In this document: positions 25,680 through 32,000 of the stretch, one piece after another | Numbering within the stretch: position 1 is the first letter of the stretch | Layout: each line of letters starts with the position of its first letter | From: Methanococcus maripaludis | Lineage (GTDB): Archaea; AGJL01; Methanococci; Methanococcales; Methanococcaceae | Direction: 5' to 3' | Assembly: GCF_002945325.1 (NCBI RefSeq) | Contig: NZ_CP026606.1 | Location: 840,001-872,000 of the forward strand | DNA: 32,000 nucleotides | Notes under the pieces: model-generated | The model's input: the letters and a program-made list of their open reading frames with translations, nothing else | What the model was told of the DNA's origin: nothing | Databases searched by the model: none | Translations under genes and position numbers: made by a program

Positions 25680-27590
25680 TTAATCATACTTGAAATCTTC
25701 AAGCTCTTTTTTAACTTCTTCTAAACTTGTGTTGTCTTCCAATGTGGTAACATCGCCTATCTCTTCGCCCATTATGAGTTTTTTCAATATTCTTCTCATT
25801 ATTTTTCCACTTCTTGTTTTTGGAAGTTTGTTTACAAAGAATATCATTGCAGGAGTTCCAATTGGGCCGACAGTATCTCGAATATGTTTGATAAGTTCAG
25901 CCTTTACTTCATTTGATGGAAGTTCACGGTATTTTTCGTTTAATATAACAAATGCAACAGGAACTTCTCCTTTCACATCATCTGGTTTTCCAACTACGGC
26001 AGACTCTGCAACCATTTTATTTGATACAAGTTCGTGTTCAAGTTCTGCGGTTCCAATCCTATGTCCTGAAACATTCAATACTTCGTCAGATCGTCCCAGT
26101 ACCCAAATGTATCCATCCTGGTCTTTTATTGCGTAGTCGGATGTTGAAAATTTATTTTTGAATCTATCCCAGTATGCAGCACGGTATCTTTCATCGTTGT
26201 TCCAGAGTCCTGCAAGCATTCCTGGCCATGGTCGTTTTATAATTAGATTTCCTTTTACATTTGCGTCAACAGGGTTTCCTTCGTTGTCTACAACATCAAC
26301 ATCAATTCCAATTCCAGGGAATGTTGCAGACCCTGGTTTTAATGGAACTGACTGGATTCCAATCGGTGGGTATATCATGTGGCCCCCAGTTTCAGTTTGC
26401 CAGTAGCAGTCGCAGATCGGGCATTTTTCTTTTCCAATTACTTTATAGTACCATTTCCAAGCTCTTGGATTTATCGGCTCCCCAACGCTTCCTAAAAGCC
26501 TCAATGTTGATAAATCGTGAGTATTTACCCATTTTTCACCATACATCATCAGCATTCTTATCGCAGTTGGTGCAGTGTATAGAATTGTAACTCCGTGATT
26601 TTCTACAATGCCCCACAATCGGTCGGGTTCCGGATAGTCTATCGCACCCTCATAGAGTACTATTGTAGCACCAAGCGATAATGGTCCGTACACTACGTAA
26701 GTGTGCCCCGTAATCCATCCAATGTCTGCAGTACACCAAAATACATCCATTTCATTTAATCCCCATGTCCAATCCATGGTTTTTGTAGCATAAGTTAGAT
26801 ATCCGCCTGTTGAGTGAACTACACCTTTTGGACTTCCTGTTGTACCGCTCGTGTATAGAATAAATAGAGGATGCTCTGATTCTACGGGAACAGGTTCTAC
26901 GTAACTTTTAGCACCTCCCATCAATTCATCCCAGTAATAATCTTTTCCTGAAACTAAATTGAGGTCTTCACTTCCCCTTTTTGCATAAACTACGTGTTTT
27001 ATTGAATTACAATTCAGTAAAGCTTTATCTAAGATTTTTTTAAGGTCAATCTCTTTTCCACGCCTGTATAAGAGGTTCGTAGTCACCAATATTTTTGATT
27101 TTGAATCGTTTATCCGATCAGCAAGTGCATCTGATGAAAATCCGGAAAATACAACGTTGTGAATTGCCCCAATTCTCGAACATGCGAGCATTGCAATAAT
27201 TGCCTCCGTCATCATCGGCATGTATATTGTGACAACATCGCCTTTTTCAACGCCCAAATTCTCAAGAACGTTTGCAAATTTATTTACTTCCCGGTATAGT
27301 TCATAATAAGTTAAAATTCCGCAACTGCCGTCTTCTTTTTCACAGATTATGGCTGCTTTGTTTCTCCTGTTTCCTTTTATGTGCCGGTCTACACAGTTGT
27401 AGCTTGCATTCAAACTGCCGCCTTTAAACCATTTTGCATAAGGAGGATTCCAGTCCAGTACTTTATCCCATGTTTTATCCCATTCTAAACATTTTGCCTG
27501 CTCTCCCCAGAATTTTTCAGGGTCATCCAAAGCTTTTTGCTGTAATTCTGAATATTTTTCAAGCATTATGTATTTGTCTCCAGTTTTCAT
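25680..27590 (-). CDS. acs: acetyl-CoA synthetase (AMP-forming)
   Basis: About 636 aa with YTSGTTGSPKG, YWQTETGG, SGHRIGTAE and LPKTRSGKIMRR, the full set of ACS signature motifs. ATG 27590 or 27596 is preceded by a GAGGGA SD. Confidence 0.92.
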   Translation of the reverse strand: MKTGDKYIMLEKYSELQQKALDDPEKFWGEQAKCLEWDKTWDKVLDWNPPYAKWFKGGSLNASYNCVDRHIKGNRRNKAAIICEKEDGSCGILTYYELYREVNKFANVLENLGVEKGDVVTIYMPMMTEAIIAMLACSRIGAIHNVVFSGFSSDALADRINDSKSKILVTTNLLYRRGKEIDLKKILDKALLNCNSIKHVVYAKRGSEDLNLVSGKDYYWDELMGGAKSYVEPVPVESEHPLFILYTSGTTGSPKGVVHSTGGYLTYATKTMDWTWGLNEMDVFWCTADIGWITGHTYVVYGPLSLGATIVLYEGAIDYPEPDRLWGIVENHGVTILYTAPTAIRMLMMYGEKWVNTHDLSTLRLLGSVGEPINPRAWKWYYKVIGKEKCPICDCYWQTETGGHMIYPPIGIQSVPLKPGSATFPGIGIDVDVVDNEGNPVDANVKGNLIIKRPWPGMLAGLWNNDERYRAAYWDRFKNKFSTSDYAIKDQDGYIWVLGRSDEVLNVSGHRIGTAELEHELVSNKMVAESAVVGKPDDVKGEVPVAFVILNEKYRELPSNEVKAELIKHIRDTVGPIGTPAMIFFVNKLPKTRSGKIMRRILKKLIMGEEIGDVTTLEDNTSLEEVKKELEDFKYD

Positions 27591-27881
27591 TATCATCCCT
27601 CAAATTTATTTGTCATTATTAATCATTATAGATACGACAAAGTATATATAAATTTCTACAGAGGAATTATTAAATCCGACAAGTAACGAAATATTGTTGA
27701 ATAAAATAGGAATTATTTGTAGATTCAGTTAATTATCAGTTTTTTAAAAATAAGGGTTGTTAAATAAAAACAGCATTATCGTGATTTTTCAATCAATAGT
27801 TTATTAATAATAAATTATATTAGTTATTCCGGTTATATGTACTATATTGTTTTATTAATTTTACGAGAATCCTTCATATTC

Positions 27882-28778
27882 ATGTTAAACGGTGATATTT
27901 TGAAACAGATTGCATTTTACGGGAAAGGAGGCATTGGAAAGTCCACTACTGTTTGTAATTTAGCAGCTGCGCTATCCAAAAGTGGTAAAAAAGTTATCGT
28001 TGTTGGATGCGACCCAAAACACGATTGTACATCTAATTTAAGAAGTGGAGAAGATATTCCTACGGTTTTAGATGTTTTGAGGGAAAAGGGAATCGATAAA
28101 CTCGGGATTGAAACAATAATTCGTGAAAATTTACTAAAAAAAGAAGATATAATTTATGAAGGATTTAACGGAATTTACTGCGTCGAAGCAGGCGGCCCAA
28201 AACCCGGATACGGGTGTGCAGGCAGAGGAGTAATTGTTGTAATAGACCTCCTCAAAAAAATGAACGTTTTTGAAGATCTTGGTGTTGATGTAGTACTCTA
28301 CGATGTATTAGGTGATGTTGTGTGCGGAGGATTTGCAATGCCACTTAGAATGGGACTTGCTGACCAGATTTATGTTGTAACGTCTTCAGATTACATGGCA
28401 CTCTATGCTGCAAATAATATATGCAGTGGAATAAGCCAGTTTGTAAAACGTGGAGGAAGCACCCTTGGAGGCATAATTTACAATGTAAGAGGTTCAATGG
28501 ACGCATTTGATATTGTAAGTGAATTTGCAAACCAGTTAAATGCAAACATTATTGGAAAAGTTCCAAATTCACCAATAATCAATGAAGCTGAAATTGATGG
28601 GCAGACAGCAATAGAATATGCTCCAGAAGAAGAAATAAGTAAAATATATATGGAACTTGCAGAAAGTATATACCAAAATACTACTGGGACCACACCAAAT
28701 CCATTGGAAAACGCCCAGATTATGCAAATTGGAAAAATGATTAAAGAAAGAATAAAAAAACAGAAAATTACAGAATAG
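27882..28778 (+). CDS. cfbC: NifH-like ATPase, probable Ni-sirohydrochlorin a,c-diamide reductive cyclase subunit CfbC (NflH)
   Basis: YGKGGIGKST P-loop, with the [4Fe-4S] ligand contexts GCAGRG and DVVCGGFAMP. No nifD/K/E/N genes are nearby. The start is ATG 27882 or TTG 27900. The track's upstream extension (MYYIVLLIL...) is not NifH-like. Confidence 0.75.
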   Translation: MLNGDILKQIAFYGKGGIGKSTTVCNLAAALSKSGKKVIVVGCDPKHDCTSNLRSGEDIPTVLDVLREKGIDKLGIETIIRENLLKKEDIIYEGFNGIYCVEAGGPKPGYGCAGRGVIVVIDLLKKMNVFEDLGVDVVLYDVLGDVVCGGFAMPLRMGLADQIYVVTSSDYMALYAANNICSGISQFVKRGGSTLGGIIYNVRGSMDAFDIVSEFANQLNANIIGKVPNSPIINEAEIDGQTAIEYAPEEEISKIYMELAESIYQNTTGTTPNPLENAQIMQIGKMIKERIKKQKITE

Positions 28779-28792
28779 ATGCGAGTGAAACC

Positions 28793-30199
28793 ATGGATAT
28801 AATCGTAGTTGGTGGCGGAACATCGGGTCTTCTTTCAGCACTTGCGCTTGAAAAAGAAGGACATAATGTAATAGTATTTGAAAAAGAAAGTTATGTTGGA
28901 GGTTTGTGCAGAAGTGAAAAAATTGATGGGTATTCGGTAGACATTGGGGTCCATGCAATTACCATGCTTGATAACGGACCATTAATCCGACTTTTAAATA
29001 AATATTCAAGATACCTTCCAAACTTCAGAAATTACGGGGATTACTACATAAGAACGGATAAATTGCATAGAATACCTGTTTCAATGCACGAATGGATGAC
29101 CACACCTGTAATTCCAAATAAAGATAAAGTTTTGATTACTTCAAAGATTATGGATTTAATGACTATGGGTTTTACAAAAGATGCGTCGGTGTATGACTTT
29201 GTAAAAGAAATGGGCCTTAGCAATACATCTGTAGATTTTTTCAACACGATTGCATACTTTTTAAGTGGAGAAGACCTTGAAAATACGCCTCTTTGGAGAT
29301 TTTTTACAGGTGCAGGGTACATTCCAGAAGATGACATTTTACCATTTATATATAAGGATATGAAGATAAATCCACTTAAATCAACGCTTGTAAAGAAATT
29401 TGGAACTGAAAGGATTATTAACATCTTAAACGACGGATTTATAAGTTCCATAAAAAACGGGTCAAAAAAATACATCAATAAATTCATGACTGAGCACAGA
29501 TATTCAACACAAGGGTACCCTGTCGGAGGAGTTCAGTCCATCTGTAATTGTATAACTTATTCACTTACAACTGCTCAAATAAAAAACGAAGAAGTTAAAA
29601 AAATAACAAAAAACGGTAAAAAATACACCGTAAAAACTTCTGAAGGGGAATATACGTCAGATATTATCGTTTATTCTGCACCTGCAATTACGTTACCAAA
29701 AGTAGCCAAAATAAATAAAATTCAAAAAAACAAAGAAAAATTAAGCAACATCAAATTTACAAAATCGACAACTGTTTGGATCGGGGATGAAAAAAATTAT
29801 TTCCCGTATTTAGGTTCAGAGATCTGGATAGATAACCCTTGCTGGGCATCTACTGTTTCAAACTACGATGAAAGTCTTGCCCCAAAAGGAAAACATTTAA
29901 TGGGCTTTTCTTTTGTAAATTCAAAAAAAGAAGATGCTTTGAAAACTATTGAAAGTAAATTAAATTTAAATACTGACAAAGTCGACATGCTCTATGTTCA
30001 AGAAACGGTTCCAGAACAAGCTTCTTGTTCCATTGGACAGTTTTTCGTTTATCCGAAAATTGATGATACATTCTTTGTTGTTGGAACTGATTCTGATCCC
30101 AGAAGTATGGGTATAACAAGAGCCGCATATTCTGTTGAAGTCATGTTATCGGAATTTAAAAATATTTATGATACACAAAAAGAAACTGCTAAAAAATAA
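28793..30199 (+). CDS. FAD/NAD(P)-dependent oxidoreductase, CrtI/amine-oxidase-like fold
   Basis: 468 aa. N-terminal dinucleotide fold IIVVGGGTSGLLSALALEKEGHNVIVFEKESYVGG (GxGxxG, an acidic residue at the end of beta-2, and a GG motif). It starts 14 nt after the cfbC stop. Confidence 0.75.
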   Translation: MDIIVVGGGTSGLLSALALEKEGHNVIVFEKESYVGGLCRSEKIDGYSVDIGVHAITMLDNGPLIRLLNKYSRYLPNFRNYGDYYIRTDKLHRIPVSMHEWMTTPVIPNKDKVLITSKIMDLMTMGFTKDASVYDFVKEMGLSNTSVDFFNTIAYFLSGEDLENTPLWRFFTGAGYIPEDDILPFIYKDMKINPLKSTLVKKFGTERIINILNDGFISSIKNGSKKYINKFMTEHRYSTQGYPVGGVQSICNCITYSLTTAQIKNEEVKKITKNGKKYTVKTSEGEYTSDIIVYSAPAITLPKVAKINKIQKNKEKLSNIKFTKSTTVWIGDEKNYFPYLGSEIWIDNPCWASTVSNYDESLAPKGKHLMGFSFVNSKKEDALKTIESKLNLNTDKVDMLYVQETVPEQASCSIGQFFVYPKIDDTFFVVGTDSDPRSMGITRAAYSVEVMLSEFKNIYDTQKETAKK

Positions 30200-30230
30200 A
30201 TTATAAATTAAATTTAAATTGGTGAATTAT

Positions 30231-30788
30231 ATGAGCAAATTATTAGAAGAATCGTTGAAAACATGCCCTATTGTAAAAAGAGGAGAATACCACTATTTTA
30301 TACACCCCATATCTGATGGAGTTCCTCTTGTTGAACCAGAATTATTGAGAGATGTTTCTACGAGAGTTATTAAGATGATAGATACTGATGTTGATAAAAT
30401 AGTAACTGCGGAAGCCATGGGAATCCCAATTGTAACTGCCGTATCCATTGCAACAGATATTCCATATGTTATAATGAGAAAAAGAGAGTACTTGCTTGAA
30501 GGAGAAATTCCAGTTCACCAAGAAACTGGATACAGTAAAGGAGAACTCTACTTAAACGGTATAAATAAAGGGGATAAAGTTGTAATCCTTGATGACGTTA
30601 TATCAACAGGCGGAACCCTTGTTGCAATCATAAACGCTTTGAAAAGAGCTGGCGCAGATATCAAAGATGTTTTGTGTATAATCGATAGAGGAAACGGGCA
30701 AAACATCGTTGAAGAAAAAACCGGATACAAAGTAAAAACTATTGTAAAGATTGAAGTTGTTGACGGAAAAGTAAACATTTTAGAATAA
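30231..30788 (+). CDS. hpt: hypoxanthine/guanine phosphoribosyltransferase (archaeal type)
   Basis: PRPP-binding loop [14 protein letters not shown] and the archaeal Hpt-like N-terminus ([17 protein letters not shown]). ATG 30231 has a GGTGA SD 5 nt upstream. Confidence 0.8.
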   Translation: MSKLLEESLKTCPIVKRGEYHYFIHPISDGVPLVEPELLRDVSTRVIKMIDTDVDKIVTAEAMGIPIVTAVSIATDIPYVIMRKREYLLEGEIPVHQETGYSKGELYLNGINKGDKVVILDDVISTGGTLVAIINALKRAGADIKDVLCIIDRGNGQNIVEEKTGYKVKTIVKIEVVDGKVNILE

Positions 30789-30803
30789 TTTTCGGGTGAA
30801 ATT

Positions 30804-31412
30804 TTGGAAATAAACCCTTCAAAAATAGTATGTGCAGGATTAAATTACAAGAATCATGCAGAAGAACTTAAAATGAAGTTGCCAAAAGAGCCAGTTATAT
30901 TTTTAAAGCCTACTTCTTCAATAATTTATAACGAAGAAGCCGTCAAAATACCAAAAGCATCTGAAAGAGTAGATTACGAAGCTGAACTTGCAATTGTAAT
31001 TGGAAAAACGTGTAAATCTGTAAAAAAAGAAGATGCTAAAAATTACATAAAAGGATTTACAATATTAAACGATGTTACTGCACGAGACCTTCAGGAAAAA
31101 GACGGGCAGTGGACAAGAGCTAAATCTTTTGATACTTTTTGCCCAGTGGGTCCAAAAATAGTGTCTGGAATCGATGCAAATAACTTAAAAATACAGTTGA
31201 GAGTTAATGGAAAAATAAAACAGGATTCAAACACCAATAACATGATATTTAGTGTCGAAGAACTTGTTGAATTTGTTTCTTCGATAATGACACTTTACCC
31301 TGATGACATTATTTCAACAGGAACTCCTCCGGGGGTTGGAAAACTTGAAAAAGGAGATATTGTCGAAATTGAAATTGAAAACATTGGAATTTTGAAAAAT
31401 TTCGTTGAATAA
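30804..31412 (+). CDS. fumarylacetoacetate hydrolase (FAH) family protein
   Basis: 202 aa. NYKNHAEE...PVIFLKP...VDYEAELAIVIGK...GFTILNDVTARDLQ...W.RAKSFDTFCPVGP is the FAH-fold C-terminal domain pattern. TTG start at 30804 lies 4 nt after a GGTGA. Confidence 0.8.
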   Translation: MEINPSKIVCAGLNYKNHAEELKMKLPKEPVIFLKPTSSIIYNEEAVKIPKASERVDYEAELAIVIGKTCKSVKKEDAKNYIKGFTILNDVTARDLQEKDGQWTRAKSFDTFCPVGPKIVSGIDANNLKIQLRVNGKIKQDSNTNNMIFSVEELVEFVSSIMTLYPDDIISTGTPPGVGKLEKGDIVEIEIENIGILKNFVE

Positions 31413-31439
31413 ATTAATATTTTTTATTTTTGTGATAAT

Positions 31440-32000
31440 TTGAAAATCGGAATTGTTGTACACGGGCCTGAAATCATTGATTCAGGATTTGCAGAAAAAA
31501 TCTTTGCTATTTTAAAAAATTTAGATGAAAATATCAATTTACAGATAAAATTAGGGGGAACTATCGGGAGAGTTGCAGTAATTGACAGTTCTCTTGAAGA
31601 TATCATTGACATTTCTGAAAAGTTAGTTCCATCAAAATCGCTTAAAAAACTTGAAAATAATGATATATTAATTCTTTTAAACTACGGAAAATCAAAAATT
31701 ACTGGCCACACCTTCGGAAAAATTGTTGTTGAAAGATCAGGTGTTGAAAAACCAGTAATTCAGATTGAAAGGCCCGGAGAAACTGACGGAACGATAATTT
31801 TGTGGAATACTACAAAAGATAATGAAATTTTAGGAAAAATAGTAACTGAAATCTCAGATAAACTCGATTTGAACGTTGAAGAGTGTATCAGTAAGGGATT
31901 AAATTTCTGGGTTGAAGGAACTAAATCATTTAGAAAAATAAATGGGGTGGATATTAACGAGTCCATCATGTTAAACGGTATTATAATTGGACGAAGTAAC
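31440..32000 (+). CDS. conserved hypothetical protein, 3' end beyond the window, absent from the ORF track
   Basis: The frame is open from TTG 31440 (GTGAT 3 nt upstream) to nt 32000, 187 codons with no stop: (M)KIGIVVHGPEIIDSGFAEKIF...ILLNYGKSKITGHTFGK...NGIIIGRSN. Codon usage resembles the neighbouring genes. The two minus-strand track ORFs here are its antisense shadows. Confidence 0.6.
   Translation, partial: MKIGIVVHGPEIIDSGFAEKIFAILKNLDENINLQIKLGGTIGRVAVIDSSLEDIIDISEKLVPSKSLKKLENNDILILLNYGKSKITGHTFGKIVVERSGVEKPVIQIERPGETDGTIILWNTTKDNEILGKIVTEISDKLDLNVEECISKGLNFWVEGTKSFRKINGVDINESIMLNGIIIGRSN

Noticed and set aside
25690-26590. Plus-strand ORFs (148, 69, 82 and 109 aa) inside acs
   Set aside because: They are antisense shadows of a gene carrying the full set of acetyl-CoA synthetase motifs.
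27837-28778. NifH-like ORF that could be read as nitrogenase iron protein
   Set aside because: No nifD/K/E/N/I genes are adjacent. The immediate neighbours are acs and an FAD oxidoreductase. Methanogens carry a separate NifH-like CfbC for F430 synthesis, so I call it cfbC rather than nifH. The track's first 15 codons are not NifH-like and were trimmed.
28569-28958. 129-aa minus-strand ORF spanning the cfbC / oxidoreductase junction
   Set aside because: It overlaps two well-supported plus-strand genes, has a His/Phe/Leu-rich improbable composition, and has no SD.
1-32000. Search for CRISPR arrays, tRNA/rRNA genes, IS elements, integrases, prophage or toxin-antitoxin modules, and split ORFs suggesting in-frame TGA selenocysteine
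   Set aside because: I saw no regularly spaced direct repeats, no cloverleaf-like GC-rich segments, no transposase- or integrase-like ORFs, and no same-frame adjacent ORF pairs. A covariance-model scan (tRNAscan-SE, Infernal) would be needed to exclude small RNAs rigorously.

Overview
Strongly AT-rich, very gene-dense archaeal chromosome segment. I call about 35 protein genes. Gaps are often under 60 nt, with GGTGA/GGAGG Shine-Dalgarno motifs, TATA-like boxes and oligo-T terminators. Gene content points to a hydrogenotrophic methanogen of the Methanococcales, most like Methanococcus maripaludis or a close relative. The order hpt ... acs ... aksA fits my recollection of that genome, but I cannot verify it here. 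Contents: (1) a 5'-truncated CDC48 AAA+ ATPase. (2) Methanogenesis cofactor genes scattered as singletons: cfbE-like Mur ligase, cfbA with a poly-His tract, nifH-like cfbC, comB, aksA, a RimK-type glutamate ligase and a probable methanogenesis marker protein 3. (3) A PadR / ABC ATPase / MATE / ABC-2 permease efflux operon. (4) A Get3/ArsA homologue next to a DUF116 protein. (5) A ribosomal mini-operon (S19e, PDCD5-like protein, PP-loop ATPase, L39e) and a Tsr3-L40e pair. (6) AMP-forming acetyl-CoA synthetase and a PaaK-like aryl-acid CoA ligase. (7) hpt, a FAH-family hydrolase and an SLC13/DASS transporter. Two ribosomal protein genes (L39e, L40e), a 52-aa membrane peptide and a 3'-open ORF at the window end are missing from the supplied ORF track; I found them by reading the sequence. 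I found no rRNA, tRNA, CRISPR array, transposase, integrase or other mobile-element signature. This looks like an ordinary core-genome region, and I see no convincing new multi-gene system. The leads most worth a second look are: the cfbC-flavoprotein gene pair; the MATE pump inserted inside an ABC exporter operon, with a perfect 22-bp palindromic operator; the long repeat- and hairpin-rich region upstream of the SLC13 transporter; the apparent three-fold internal repeat in the marker-3 protein; and the comB/DUF116/get3 neighbourhood. All homology calls rest on motif recognition by eye, not database searches.
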